64,000 nucleotides of DNA, from the NCBI GenBank assembly GCA_040386275.1, contig JAZKFU010000011.1, positions 1,383-65,382 on the forward strand. The letters run 5' to 3'. This DNA comes from Patescibacteria group bacterium. GTDB lineage: Bacteria; Patescibacteriota; Minisyncoccia; Phycocordibacterales; UBA918. The translations under genes and the position numbers were made by a program. The notes beneath the pieces are model-generated. The model was not told the origin of the DNA, did not search any database, and worked only from the letters and a program-made list of their open reading frames with translations. Of this stretch, positions 19,847 through 30,160 are shown piece by piece (the stretch's first letter is position 1; each line of letters starts with the position of its first letter).

Positions 19847-22800
19847 TTATGAACGTAACAAAGAAATGTAATGAGCGTAGTTACTGGTTTCCGCCAAAGC
19901 TTGATCATGTATGTAATCACCTTTTATGATAGCTTTAACTGCGTCAATTAATTCTTGTGTAAGTACTTCCACTTCTGCGTCAGAAATGGTAAATGTTTCT
20001 TCATGAAGCACTCCCTTAGCATCAGGCTCTACAAACGACAACGTGCAGGTATTAGTTTGGTAACGCTCATCATTATTTAATTTTAATAGTAATGCATAAA
20101 AAACTAATTGTCGTTTATACGCACCATCGCTACTAGCCGTTTTTCCTTCAATGTCGTTACGTGTTTTTGGTTTACCAGTTTTATAATCAAGTACACGAAC
20201 AGCGTTACCCCGCGCGTCAATATCAACCCGATCTAACTTCCCTGTTAACGGGAGCTCAGGAAATTCTGGAATGCCCGTCTGCAAGAGTGTTTTTATATTT
20301 AGTTCCTCTTTAGAAGTCTCCGTAAGAGTTTGCTTCATGTGATCAATATAGGGGTAGATAACGAGTAACCCTTTATCAAGCAAGCGCACAAATTCATTGG
20401 TCGAAAGTGGTAACCGTCCCAAAGCTGTTTCGAGTTTTTGTTTGATTACCGTATCACTGGGGAAAGTGCCTGACTGTGTATGGTTCTTTGTAACATACTC
20501 TAAAACACTGTGGACGGCGGTACCAAATTGCATGTGAGCCGGCTGCACTTCAGGAACCCTAAGAACATTTCGATAAATATAATCCCAAGGATTTTTTAAA
20601 TAGTTATTAAATGAAGTTGCAGAAAAGCCCCGGTCACGTAACACCGAGGTGATAAAGTTACTATCAATCTGCAACCCCACATCATTTTGTGTTAGCGTAT
20701 TAATAGGATTAAAGTCACTAGCTCCTGCATCACTTTGCTCAGTAACATAGGAGTCATCAATTTCAGTAATCAATCGACTCTGAACCAAAGTTTTACCGCT
20801 TGTGTTACTGCTAGCACTAGAAAAATGTAGGGCAGTTTTAGCGCGCGTCATCGCTACGTAGAGCAAACGCTTTTCATCATCAATACTGTCCATATCGTCG
20901 AGGACCACTTTTTGCAGCGGTATAGTGAAATACGTTCGGTTAGTTCCCCCACCCCAGTTATTGTCCTGAAGATGTGGGATGTATACCACTTCGAATTCTA
21001 GTCCTTTAGACTTATGAGCGGTCATTACTTTGACCGAATTGGTATTACTTTCTATGTAGGGTGCTTCCATGGACACTCCATATAAGCGGCGCTGAGCCAG
21101 TTGATCACGTACGACTTGCAGCGTACTCATGCCGTCATTTTGAACTAATGATTCCACTTCGTCATATATCCGACGTACTATCCGCACACCTTCAAAGGGG
21201 CTCTGCTTCATAACGTGTGCCAAGAACCCACTTTCCTGTAAAAGATACTCTAATACTCGGTGCGGGGCATGGGAGATACTGCGGGCTCGGGCTGTTTCTA
21301 TCACGGTGACGATATTCATAGCTGCTTCCACATGGTCTACCCCCAATTCAGCTAATTTTTCTGATGAAGATAAAATAGAGAGCAAGGTTGTGGAGTAGCT
21401 TCGAGCACTACAAATTTTAATCACGTCATGGAGCGACAATCCCCAATAGGCTCCGTGAAGCACTGTAAACAATGCCTCTTCGTTATTAGTGGTAACTACT
21501 ACTGAAATTAACGCTTCAATAGTATGCGTGATTGGATGCTGCAAAATATCACCATCAGCGGACGCTGCCACTTGCATGCCTGCTTTTCGAAGTTGCGTTG
21601 CAAGCGCCTCCACTTCTTTATTAGTGCGTACAATCACAGCTATTTCCTCGAGGGGAATCCCCGCCTTACTATTTTTTACAATTGATTCAACTACCCATGA
21701 ATCTTCAATTGCTGTGTGCGCAAAACTTTGAGTAGTAACGAGTGACGCTTCCACAGTTTGAGCGAGTAGCGGAATACGTAATGCTGTAAGCGGACCATCC
21801 TCAACCGCTACCAAGCTATGGGCCGCATCTAGAATAATCTGTCCCGAACGATAGTTGTCAGTCAGACTAATGACTTTAGTTCCCATAAAGCGTTCTTGAA
21901 AGTACATGAAGTTCGTCAACGACGCTCCTTGAAACCGATAGATAGCCTGCTTCTCATCTCCTACCACAAAGATATTTGGTGAGTCATGGTATGACGCTAA
22001 GAGTTCGAGGATCTTGTTCTGCGCCCCGTTCACATCCTGATGCTCGTCCGCTAACACATACTGGTATTGCTCCTGCAAATCGCGCACCATATCTTCATTA
22101 TTAGACAAAGCCACCACCGTTTCCGCAATCATATCTTCAAAGTCATAGAGTTTAGCCTCCCGTAAACTTGCTTGGTAGTGACGATAGATATGAATGAGCT
22201 CCCTATTTTTAACAACCACTTGTTCTAACTTTGTGTAGTCACCTCGCACCTTACCTTTGTGCGCTCCTTTAGTGTGCGTTTTTTCAGTATTAGCTAATTC
22301 GTCTTCTTGACCATCAACGATTTTAGCCAACCCATCGGGGGTTATATATTCCTTTTTTAAATCAGCAATAATCCGCAAAATATGACGTACGTAGTACGAA
22401 GGGTCGCCACTCGGACGAAGCTTCTTAATAGTGGGATTATCTAAAATTGATTCAATAATAGAAATTTTCTGTATCTCGGTGGCCGGCTTCCCGCCAATAA
22501 TGCGGTCATACGCGTCAGGATACTCTCGAATTAATCTATCAGCAAAACCGTGAAAGGTATAAATCGGCACTTGGTACGCGCGAGCGCCAATATATTTTTG
22601 TAGCCGGGTACGCATCGCTTTGGCTCCAGAGTCGGTAAAGGTGATTGCTAAAATACTCGACGGGTCAGTGTCAGTTTTAAGAAGAATATTGGCAATGCGC
22701 AAGGTAAGGATTTGTGTCTTACCTGTTCCTGGTCCCGCAATTACCATAACGGGACCTTCAATAGTATCAACCGCTTCTTTCTGGGCGTCGTTGAGGTTAT

Positions 22801-22855
22801 TGTAGGCAGTATCAAATGAAGCCTTTAATTCTTGTTTTTCTTGAGTGATGGACAT
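19847..22855 (-). CDS. UvrD/PcrA-like superfamily I DNA helicase fused to C-terminal PD-(D/E)xK (RecB/AddA-type) nuclease
   Basis: N-terminal Walker A AGPGTGKTQIL. Helicase motifs across 1-700. C-terminal LDRVDIDARGNAVRVLDYKTGKP nuclease motif. Confidence 0.8.
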   Translation of the reverse strand: MSITQEKQELKASFDTAYNNLNDAQKEAVDTIEGPVMVIAGPGTGKTQILTLRIANILLKTDTDPSSILAITFTDSGAKAMRTRLQKYIGARAYQVPIYTFHGFADRLIREYPDAYDRIIGGKPATEIQKISIIESILDNPTIKKLRPSGDPSYYVRHILRIIADLKKEYITPDGLAKIVDGQEDELANTEKTHTKGAHKGKVRGDYTKLEQVVVKNRELIHIYRHYQASLREAKLYDFEDMIAETVVALSNNEDMVRDLQEQYQYVLADEHQDVNGAQNKILELLASYHDSPNIFVVGDEKQAIYRFQGASLTNFMYFQERFMGTKVISLTDNYRSGQIILDAAHSLVAVEDGPLTALRIPLLAQTVEASLVTTQSFAHTAIEDSWVVESIVKNSKAGIPLEEIAVIVRTNKEVEALATQLRKAGMQVAASADGDILQHPITHTIEALISVVVTTNNEEALFTVLHGAYWGLSLHDVIKICSARSYSTTLLSILSSSEKLAELGVDHVEAAMNIVTVIETARARSISHAPHRVLEYLLQESGFLAHVMKQSPFEGVRIVRRIYDEVESLVQNDGMSTLQVVRDQLAQRRLYGVSMEAPYIESNTNSVKVMTAHKSKGLEFEVVYIPHLQDNNWGGGTNRTYFTIPLQKVVLDDMDSIDDEKRLLYVAMTRAKTALHFSSASSNTSGKTLVQSRLITEIDDSYVTEQSDAGASDFNPINTLTQNDVGLQIDSNFITSVLRDRGFSATSFNNYLKNPWDYIYRNVLRVPEVQPAHMQFGTAVHSVLEYVTKNHTQSGTFPSDTVIKQKLETALGRLPLSTNEFVRLLDKGLLVIYPYIDHMKQTLTETSKEELNIKTLLQTGIPEFPELPLTGKLDRVDIDARGNAVRVLDYKTGKPKTRNDIEGKTASSDGAYKRQLVFYALLLKLNNDERYQTNTCTLSFVEPDAKGVLHEETFTISDAEVEVLTQELIDAVKAIIKGDYIHDQALAETSNYAHYISLLRS

Positions 22856-22910
22856 ACAAAAAAGTATATCATTATTAACCGGTCGCGACTAAAAACACCC
22901 CAAATACTAG

Positions 22911-22939
22911 TTGCCTACTGCAGACAACAGGAGTATAGT
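22911..22939 (+). promoter_or_regulatory. sigma70-like promoter TTGCCT-17 nt-TATAGT upstream of antiporter gene
   Basis: -35 at 22911-22916, -10 at 22934-22939. Confidence 0.4.
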
Positions 22940-22969
22940 GGCACCCTAGTAATTTTAAGACCTCCCATT

Positions 22970-25066
22970 ATGCTTACTGCCAATGCAACTTTAGCAATTT
23001 TCTCTATGTTAGGAATCTCGAGCCTAGCTATATTTTGGGCAAAACGGTTTCGCTTACCGCATACAGTATTTCTGGTAATTATCGGTATGGGTTTAGGACT
23101 ACTCGCTACCATTCCTAGTTTTCATTTTTTTGCTGAGTTTAAACTCACGCCCGAACTCCTCTTTTTCCTTCTCCTCCCTACCCTTATTTTTGAATCTGCC
23201 TACAACATCAATGTGCGTCGGTTGGTAGAAGAGACGCCGATTGTGCTTGTGCTCTCAATTGTGGGGTTACTTATTTCAACTATTTTTATTGCCGTACCTT
23301 TATTTTTCCTCCTACAATTATTTGGTTTATCGGTTCCCTTTATTATTCCCTTAATATTCGGCGCACTTATTTCGGCTACCGACCCCGTGGCTGTTCTGGC
23401 ACTCTTTAAAGAGTTTGGTGCACCGGGCAGATTATCGCTTATTTTTGAAGGAGAAAGTCTCTTTAATGATGCGACGGCTGTGGCGTTATTCTTGGTGTTA
23501 CTCGAGATTGCTCAATTTGGATATCATGGGTACGACACGATTATATCAGGTCTCGTTAGCTTCACCTCGATGATGGTAGGCGGAGTTTTATTTGGAGTTT
23601 TGTGCGGTGGAGTGTTTTCCTACCTCATTGGTCTTACCCGAGAAAATGAAACCGCCAGTATTACGCTGACTGTTGTATTGGCGCACGTGACGTTTATTTT
23701 AGCGGAAATTTTATCCCACCACCTCTCTATTGGTGGCATGGAGTTACCGCTCTCCCCTATTATCGCTACCACTGTCGCTGCTTTATTACTCGGTAACTAT
23801 GGCCGACCAAAAATTCATCCTCGGGCAGAGGAGTTTGTGGAGAAATTGTGGGGGCAATTAGCGTTTTTTGCCAACTCACTGATTTTTATTTTAATTGGTA
23901 TTTTGTTTGTCGGCGGTCCAGCCTTAACATCCGAAATATTTATCGTGGTGCTCGTTACGATTATTATCGTCGCGATAGCTCGTGCTGTATCTATTTACCC
24001 GGTCATTGGAGTATTTAATAAACTGGTAAATAAAAAGCAGCATATCCCACTCGCCTGGCAACATTTGTTGTCTTGGGGATCACTGCGCGGAGCTTTAGCT
24101 GTGACGATGGTTCTCCTTATTCCTGCCGACTATACCCTACCTAATTGGACTTTGGAAATGAGTGTGCGGGACTTTCTGCTTGCTTTAACAATCGGCTGTA
24201 TCTCTGCAACCTTATTTATTAAAGCGCCAACGATGCAGTGGTTTATGCGCAAATTAAAGCTTGATACCCTGACTGACATTGAACAAATTGAATACCAAGA
24301 AGCGCGCGCCATCATGCACCGCGAAGTATCGGAAAAACTAGCTGTCTACAAAGAGCGTGGCTATATCCAAGCAAACCTAGCTGAGGCACTACAACTAGAA
24401 CACACTAAATTATTTACTGAATCATGTGCCATGGTAAGCACCCTATCAAAAAGTGCAAAAGATGCGGTTGCAATTCAAGTATTACGATTGTTTGCCATCG
24501 GTATAGAAAAGCGACACCTCAAGGAACTCTACCATCATGATGAAGTGAACGAATCAGTCTTTAAACGTTTGACTGGTAAACTACAACTCCAGCATGAATC
24601 AATTTCAGCGGGTGAACTCAATTCCAACATGTCTATTCATACCGATAGTAAAGATGTGTTTGAACGCATGGCTCTTGTACTTCGAAAGTTCCTTGGACAA
24701 GAAACAGTATTCACCAGTATCCAGAATAACTTTATGTACTACCGCGCCCAAACGATTATTGCTCGAAAGGTACTGAAAGAACTTGATTCGTTTTCAAGCA
24801 ACACCCACGCTAGTATTTTTACAGCCGAAGCAGTTGAGCATACTAAAAATCTCTACGTAGAATTCCGCAATCAGTCACAACAAAAGATGCAGCATATCTA
24901 CGAAAACAACGTCCAAATTATTGAGGCCCTCTCACAAAAACTAGCTCAACGTACCGTACACAAAGTAGCTGAACATGTACTCCACCGCGTGACTGAAAAT
25001 GAATTGATAACCCCGAAGCTATCGGTAATTTTGCAAAGTGAACTGGCGACCGACTCTCACAAATAA
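22970..25066 (+). CDS. Na+/H+ antiporter, CPA1 (NhaP-type) with ~300 aa C-terminal cytoplasmic domain
   Basis: 12-13 TM core with ATDPVAV and FNDATAV motifs typical of NhaP/NHE exchangers. Start moved to MLTANATL (22970) to avoid overlap with the convergent... actually divergent helicase gene end. Confidence 0.7.
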   Translation: MLTANATLAIFSMLGISSLAIFWAKRFRLPHTVFLVIIGMGLGLLATIPSFHFFAEFKLTPELLFFLLLPTLIFESAYNINVRRLVEETPIVLVLSIVGLLISTIFIAVPLFFLLQLFGLSVPFIIPLIFGALISATDPVAVLALFKEFGAPGRLSLIFEGESLFNDATAVALFLVLLEIAQFGYHGYDTIISGLVSFTSMMVGGVLFGVLCGGVFSYLIGLTRENETASITLTVVLAHVTFILAEILSHHLSIGGMELPLSPIIATTVAALLLGNYGRPKIHPRAEEFVEKLWGQLAFFANSLIFILIGILFVGGPALTSEIFIVVLVTIIIVAIARAVSIYPVIGVFNKLVNKKQHIPLAWQHLLSWGSLRGALAVTMVLLIPADYTLPNWTLEMSVRDFLLALTIGCISATLFIKAPTMQWFMRKLKLDTLTDIEQIEYQEARAIMHREVSEKLAVYKERGYIQANLAEALQLEHTKLFTESCAMVSTLSKSAKDAVAIQVLRLFAIGIEKRHLKELYHHDEVNESVFKRLTGKLQLQHESISAGELNSNMSIHTDSKDVFERMALVLRKFLGQETVFTSIQNNFMYYRAQTIIARKVLKELDSFSSNTHASIFTAEAVEHTKNLYVEFRNQSQQKMQHIYENNVQIIEALSQKLAQRTVHKVAEHVLHRVTENELITPKLSVILQSELATDSHK

Positions 25067-25071
25067 TAAAA

Positions 25072-25848
25072 CTACTTGCTGTCGTCGATAAACATCTCAT
25101 ATATCATCACCACGCCAAACGGAATAAGCAGTAAAAGCAGCAACTCCTCAAGCGGTACAATACTGCCGTTCCAGGTAAAGTACCCCAAGTATTCATTAAC
25201 GTTTGCAAAAATTCGAATCTCATTTTCTACCATAACCCATTCGTAAATGAGCGATAACGGGAAAACTGCTAACGTAAACATCCCCGCTTTCTTAAACAGC
25301 GCTGCGCTTGGGAGTGTTTTATTAATGAGAATAATGAGAGCAAATAATGAGCTCATTAATGCCAACAAAAACGCAAACGGATAGTTTACTAAGACAGTCG
25401 GATCGAGGTACAACATTCCCAAAATGAGTGAATATATAATCCCTACAATTCCGAGACCCCGCGCTGATATCTTTGTTCGTTTAGCACTCACGCCATCGTC
25501 AAAAAAGTACTCGTAGAGAAGTATCAAATATAGGATATGAAGCACTGAAAATAGATAAGCCTCAAGCGGCGCCCCACCCAAAATGGAGATAGAAAGCGGC
25601 GACAGTTCATACCACAGACCACTTTTATAGGCGTATAACTGCAGTATAGCCGTGCCTAAGAGCGTAAAGGTAGCTATGAGGGGTATGAGATGCGATTGCA
25701 GGTGCAAACGGTTCCACACCACAATTAAAGGTCCGCCCAAAAGCAAGGCCGTAATAATCAAAAACGAAGCATCACTCCAGACCAACACAAACGCCGTACA
25801 CAGCGTGTACAAGGTCAAAAAACAAACAAAGAGCAAACGAGCATACAT
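25072..25848 (-). CDS. polytopic membrane protein with two lycopene-cyclase-domain-like repeats (PLEE motifs)
   Basis: Two internal repeats with GAPLEAYLF and VPLEELLLL, reminiscent of CrtYcd-type domains. Function unknown. Confidence 0.35.
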   Translation of the reverse strand: MYARLLFVCFLTLYTLCTAFVLVWSDASFLIITALLLGGPLIVVWNRLHLQSHLIPLIATFTLLGTAILQLYAYKSGLWYELSPLSISILGGAPLEAYLFSVLHILYLILLYEYFFDDGVSAKRTKISARGLGIVGIIYSLILGMLYLDPTVLVNYPFAFLLALMSSLFALIILINKTLPSAALFKKAGMFTLAVFPLSLIYEWVMVENEIRIFANVNEYLGYFTWNGSIVPLEELLLLLLIPFGVVMIYEMFIDDSK

Positions 25849-25981
25849 GGAAGTATTGTAACAAACCCGAAGCCCGAAGCCCGGCGTTTGTTCAACACCC
25901 CTACCTAAATAATTGTAACCAGTCAAAAACCGCCAAAGGCGGTTTTTGCTTTTTCTAAATTCCACCATCTCCGAAAAGGTT

Positions 25982-26095
25982 TCAAAACGTGGGTAGATGC
26001 AAGGCGCGCAAGGAAGTTGCTGCGAGCCGTACTTACTGTACGGCGAGCTTCAACTTGCCGCAGTCGCAACGTAGCAGATGCGTGCGTTTTGGAAG
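25982..26095 (+). repeat. family A repeat, copy 6 (forward), immediately 3' of rpoD stop
   Basis: gatgcaaggcgcg, then GAGCCGTAC-ttact-GTACGGCGA (26024-26046), then cgcaacgtagcagatgcgtgcg + tttt. Outer caaaacg/cgttttg. Confidence 0.65.
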
Positions 26096-26101
26096 CTCTG
26101 T

Positions 26102-27508
26102 TTAGTAGCTCTTTAATCTCCGCGCTTTCTCGTGCTGTCTGATTTTTTCGAGAGCCTTCGCCTCAATCTGTCGAATACGTTCTCGCGTTACCCCAAACTC
26201 CTTCCCTACTTCTTCTAATGTATGGTAGGTTCCATCGAGCAGTCCATGACGCATTTCGAGAATCTTTCGTTCTTTTTCTGAAAGCGTATCGAGAATTTCG
26301 GTAATTTGATCAGTTAAGATACTGTGTGATACTTCTTGGTCTGGTGAGGTAATTTTATCGTCAGCGATAAAGTCAGACAATCGTGAGTTATCGTCCTCGT
26401 CTCCAATTGGGAGCTCGAGCGAAATGGTGTCCTGACTAATTTTTTCAATTTGATAAATCTTTTCAACTTCAACACCCATTTCAGTGGCGATTTCTTCAGG
26501 CATTGGATCTCGTCCTAAATCTTGTGACAAACGGCGTGAGACTTGTTTGTACTTGGCCATAGTTTCCACCATGTGCACCGGAATACGAATCGTTCGTGAC
26601 TGGTCAGCGAGCGCACGGGTAATAGCTTGTCTAATCCACCAGGTAGCGTAGGTAGAGAATTTAAAACCTTTTGTGAAGTCGAATTTATCTACCGCTTTAA
26701 AGAGACCGAGGTTACCTTCTTGAATAAGGTCAAGGAGAGTCAGATCCGGAGACCGACCAACGTACTTTTTAGCAATCGAAACTACCAATCGTAAGTTAGC
26801 GCGCGCGAGTAGGTTACGAGCTTCTTCATCACCATCAACAATTCGTTTAGCTAAAACTCGTTCTTCGTGCGCATTTAACAGTGGGTACTGTCCAATTTCG
26901 CGGAGGTACATTTGAATTGAATCGTAACTACTTTCATTTCGCTTAAACGCATTCTTTTGCGCGAGTAATTCTTCGGCTGGATCGTCCCCCAGCATTCCGC
27001 CAGATTTTAATACATCAATCCCCGCTACGTTAAAACGCTCGTAGAGATCATCAAGAAACATCACATCCTTTTCAATTTCAGGAAAAGAACGAAGTAGTTC
27101 ATCGTACGTCACATAGCCTCGTTCACGTCCAAGTTTCATTAATTCAGCTGCTTTGAGTTCAAGTACTTTTTCACTCTTGGTTAATTTTTTCGGAATAACT
27201 GGTACTACTTTTTTAACCACTGGTGCAGGCGTAGCTTTTTTTACCACGACTTTTTTTGCCACTGATTTGGTCGGAGTAACTACTTTCTTGACTGCTTTTT
27301 TAGGCACGACTTTTTTAGCCGCTACCTTTTTAGGTGCTGCTTTTTTTACGACCTTCTTAACCTCCTTCTTCACGGCAACCTTCTTTACGACTTTTTTTGG
27401 TGCGACGACTTTTTTGTTAGTCTTTTTTGCTACCGGTTTTTTTGTGACTTTAGGAGCGGTTTTGGCCGCTTTTTTACTGCTTGAATTGGCTTTTTTCTTG
27501 ACTGCCAT
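26102..27508 (-). CDS. rpoD: RNA polymerase sigma-70 factor (RpoD-like) with ~115 aa Lys/Ala/Val/Pro-rich basic N-terminal extension
   Basis: Regions 1.2-4 conserved ([35 protein letters not shown], region 4 HTH). N-terminus is a KKxxAKK repeat in place of an acidic region 1.1. Confidence 0.9.
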   Translation of the reverse strand: MAVKKKANSSSKKAAKTAPKVTKKPVAKKTNKKVVAPKKVVKKVAVKKEVKKVVKKAAPKKVAAKKVVPKKAVKKVVTPTKSVAKKVVVKKATPAPVVKKVVPVIPKKLTKSEKVLELKAAELMKLGRERGYVTYDELLRSFPEIEKDVMFLDDLYERFNVAGIDVLKSGGMLGDDPAEELLAQKNAFKRNESSYDSIQMYLREIGQYPLLNAHEERVLAKRIVDGDEEARNLLARANLRLVVSIAKKYVGRSPDLTLLDLIQEGNLGLFKAVDKFDFTKGFKFSTYATWWIRQAITRALADQSRTIRIPVHMVETMAKYKQVSRRLSQDLGRDPMPEEIATEMGVEVEKIYQIEKISQDTISLELPIGDEDDNSRLSDFIADDKITSPDQEVSHSILTDQITEILDTLSEKERKILEMRHGLLDGTYHTLEEVGKEFGVTRERIRQIEAKALEKIRQHEKARRLKSY

Positions 27509-27544
27509 AGATACGCACTACTATACAGAAAATCCCAAAAATGT

Positions 27545-27674
27545 CCACCCTGAGCTTCACAAATGGCATATTTCGTTGTTGCTCTACATAAAATAAAATT
27601 CACCGTATAAAAATACGGCTCATCTTATTTTATTTGATCGCCTAGAACTATGTCCATTTCTGAAACTCAGGGGA
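27545..27674 (-). repeat. family A repeat, copy 7 (reverse), between dnaG stop and rpoD start
   Basis: tcaccgtataaaaatacggctc (27599-27620) flanked by aaaataaaat / atcttatttt. cgcctagaa. Outer stems ccctgagcttc (27548-27558) / gaaactcaggg (27663-27674). Confidence 0.65.
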
Positions 27675-27679
27675 TTTGG

Positions 27680-29449
27680 TTAGCTATTTTTAGGGAAGAT
27701 AGTTACTTGGTATTCGGCGGCTTGCAACTGACGTCGTAGTTCGTTTACTCGCAGTAGTACGGGCATGGTGTCGCCTTCTCCGTTGGCTTCAATACTTCGC
27801 AGGGCGGCGCGTTCGATGGCTATTTTTCCTTCGATGGTTAGCTTGTGGAGTTGGTTTAGTTTATGGGTGAACTCTTCGATTTGTAATCTATATGAACTCT
27901 TTTCAATAAATTGTTCAATTTGAAACGTGAGTTTTGAGATATGGTCTGCCCCACTGATATTTTCTTGCATAAACACCTCCTCACCTACAATGGTTTTAAT
28001 TTCTCGCTCGAGAATTTCTTTCACAGGAACAGGCACGACGGTTAAGGCCGCGAGTAAATAATGTAACGTTCCTTCTTTGCGTAAAATAGTTGCGATAGGT
28101 TCGGGTTGTTTATGGGTGGGAGTAGACTCAGAGTGGTCGGTATTTTTTATGGGTTCACGTTTCTCGACTTCAAGGACCCGCAACACTTCTGCGTGAACCG
28201 CGTCTTTAGTTGTCCCAAGAGCCGTGGCGGTTATGCCTTCAAAATGGTCGCGGTCAACCATATTGGGAATGAGGGTAATAAAGGGAACAACTTCGGCAGT
28301 GGCTTTGAGTTTATACGCTCTATCGTCAGGGGTAGTGGCGCGCAAATGTGCGAGCAGGAATTCGATAATATGTGTTGCGTGCCCAACGGCTGTTTTAAAA
28401 GATTTAGGGTCTTCTAAAATCATATCCGCCGGATCAGCGCCGTCAGGCATCGCGGCTACTTTCACATCAATCCCACGCCTGAGCATCAAGTCAGCAGATT
28501 TTTTCATCGCGGCAATTCCCGCTTTATCTGAGTCTAATGCCAGCACTACTTTATTTGATAACCGCTCGAGTAACTGCACATGATGCAAGGTGAGGGCAGT
28601 ACCCGATACGGCAACGGTATTGGTGTATCCGGCTTGGTGACTCATCACCACATCAAACTGCCCTTCCACAATAATCCAAAACCCCAGGTTACGAATTCCC
28701 TGCTTGGCCATATCGTACCCGTAGAGTAATTCTGATTTATGATAGAGCTCCGTTTCTGGTGAGTTTACATATTTAGGCGCCTCAGTATCCTTCGCTAAAA
28801 TGCGACCCGAGAAACCGACTACGCGTCCCGCCTGATCCCGTAACGGAAACATGATGCGATCCCGAAACGTATCAAACGGCTCTTTACCCCCTTCCGCACT
28901 TTTTATCAGACCGGCTTTGAGCATCGTGCCCGGCAAAAACTTTTCATTAATTAAATGAGTCTTTAGTTCTCGCCATCCTGCAAGCGGTGGCCCCGGAGCG
29001 TACCCAATGCGCCATTTTTTAATAGTTTCTTTTGTCACCCCGCGCCGCTCTAGGTAGGCAGTAGCATCCACCATATTTGGTAACTGATTTTCATAGTAGG
29101 CAGTGGCCGCTTCAATAACGGCTACGAGCTCATCACGTTCTGTTTTCTTTTGTGGATTTTCTGGCACCAATTCAACCCCCGCTTTTTCAGCGAGCGTCTT
29201 TAACGCATCTTTAAATTCCACTCCATCAATGGCTTGAATAAATGAAAAAATATCTCCTCCCACTCCACACCCAAAACAGTGATAGGTTCCCCGCTCGGGA
29301 GACACATGGAATGACGGTGACTTCTCTTGATGAAACGGACATCGTGCCACAAAATGCCTCCCCGACCGAGTTAATTCCGCATACGGCGAAATCACATCAA
29401 TAATATTGATCCGATCCTTAATCTGCTGAACCGCGTCCCCTGATGCCAT
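27680..29449 (-). CDS. dnaG: DNA primase
   Basis: CHC2 zinc finger CPFHQEKSPSFHV...HCFGCG. TOPRIM region with EGQFDV. Confidence 0.9.
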   Translation of the reverse strand: MASGDAVQQIKDRINIIDVISPYAELTRSGRHFVARCPFHQEKSPSFHVSPERGTYHCFGCGVGGDIFSFIQAIDGVEFKDALKTLAEKAGVELVPENPQKKTERDELVAVIEAATAYYENQLPNMVDATAYLERRGVTKETIKKWRIGYAPGPPLAGWRELKTHLINEKFLPGTMLKAGLIKSAEGGKEPFDTFRDRIMFPLRDQAGRVVGFSGRILAKDTEAPKYVNSPETELYHKSELLYGYDMAKQGIRNLGFWIIVEGQFDVVMSHQAGYTNTVAVSGTALTLHHVQLLERLSNKVVLALDSDKAGIAAMKKSADLMLRRGIDVKVAAMPDGADPADMILEDPKSFKTAVGHATHIIEFLLAHLRATTPDDRAYKLKATAEVVPFITLIPNMVDRDHFEGITATALGTTKDAVHAEVLRVLEVEKREPIKNTDHSESTPTHKQPEPIATILRKEGTLHYLLAALTVVPVPVKEILEREIKTIVGEEVFMQENISGADHISKLTFQIEQFIEKSSYRLQIEEFTHKLNQLHKLTIEGKIAIERAALRSIEANGEGDTMPVLLRVNELRRQLQAAEYQVTIFPKNS

Positions 29450-29581
29450 AGTTGCACTAGTATACTTGATTGCCCGAAGTATCGTAAGCTATTGACTTTT
29501 TTAATTTTAAAGGTAAATTATTATTGGATTTTGGCTGGCTTTTTCACTGAAATCCACGTCATCAACACGAAAGGATACCTA

Positions 29582-29884
29582 ATGCTTAAGTGGATACTTG
29601 CCGCTTCATTTATTGCAGTAGCGGGAACAGCTTCAGCCAACCCCGCAAACTGCATCCGATTCGAAAACAATGGCTACGGCGGCCAGAATGTCGCGAATTA
29701 CTGCAATGAAGCAGTGATTCTCGAATGGCGATCGACCCATGGTCCATGTTCTTCAGGACAGCTCTGTGGCGCTTCCGTTGCTGGAAGGTCACAACAAGGC
29801 ACTTCCAATCCCGCAGGATCTGGGGCCAGCTGGAGTGCCTGCTGGTATGATGATTGGGTCAATGGGTATTGCACCTTTAACTGA
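29582..29884 (+). CDS. small secreted Cys-rich hypothetical protein (8 Cys)
   Basis: AAGGA RBS 7 nt upstream. Signal peptide MLKWILAASFIAVAGTASA. TTGACT at 29503. Confidence 0.5.
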   Translation: MLKWILAASFIAVAGTASANPANCIRFENNGYGGQNVANYCNEAVILEWRSTHGPCSSGQLCGASVAGRSQQGTSNPAGSGASWSACWYDDWVNGYCTFN

Positions 29885-29907
29885 ACCCTGAATTCAATTT
29901 TCAAGTA

Positions 29908-29937
29908 GAAGGCCGTGGGATCTCCCATGGCCTTTTC
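29908..29937 (+). terminator. rho-independent terminator
   Basis: gaaggccgtggga-tctc-ccatggcctt + ttctgttt. Confidence 0.6.
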
Positions 29938-29972
29938 TGTTTATAAATCAGTACTAAACTTATAACAAAACA

Positions 29973-29996
29973 AAAACCGCTGAAAGGCGGTTTTTG
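29973..29996 (+). terminator. second (bidirectional) hairpin terminator
   Basis: aaaaaccgc-tgaaa-ggcggttttt. Confidence 0.6.
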
Positions 29997-30049
29997 TTTT
30001 CACTAAATTCTATACTCCCCACTTTCGCAAATTAGAGGAATTTCAATAC

Positions 30050-30150
30050 GTATTCAGATGCTAGGCGGACAAGAAAAAAGACCCCGAGCGGTACCTGATG
30101 TACCGTGAGGGTCTTTTTTCGCAGGCCAACAACGCAGATGAGTGCGTAGT
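30050..30150 (+). repeat. family A repeat, copy 8 (forward), 3' of rpoC; contains canonical bidirectional intrinsic terminator
   Basis: gatgctaggcgg, then aaaaaagacccc-GAGCGGTAC-ctgat-GTACCGTGA-gggtctttttt (30074-30119), then caacaacgcagatgagtgcgtag. Stem is a compensatory variant (cggtac/gtaccg). Confidence 0.75.
30074..30119 (-). terminator. rpoC intrinsic terminator (embedded in family A copy 8)
   Basis: A6 + 17 bp stem + T6. Reads as terminator on both strands. Confidence 0.75.
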
Positions 30151-30160
30151 GGAATTTCTC

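Noticed and set aside
22832-22969. Annotated 24-nt overlap between antiporter ORF (start 22832) and helicase gene
   Set aside because: The upstream part of the ORF has no membrane or antiporter character. A TTGCCT-17-TATAGT promoter sits at 22911-22939 inside it. The start was moved to ATG 22970.
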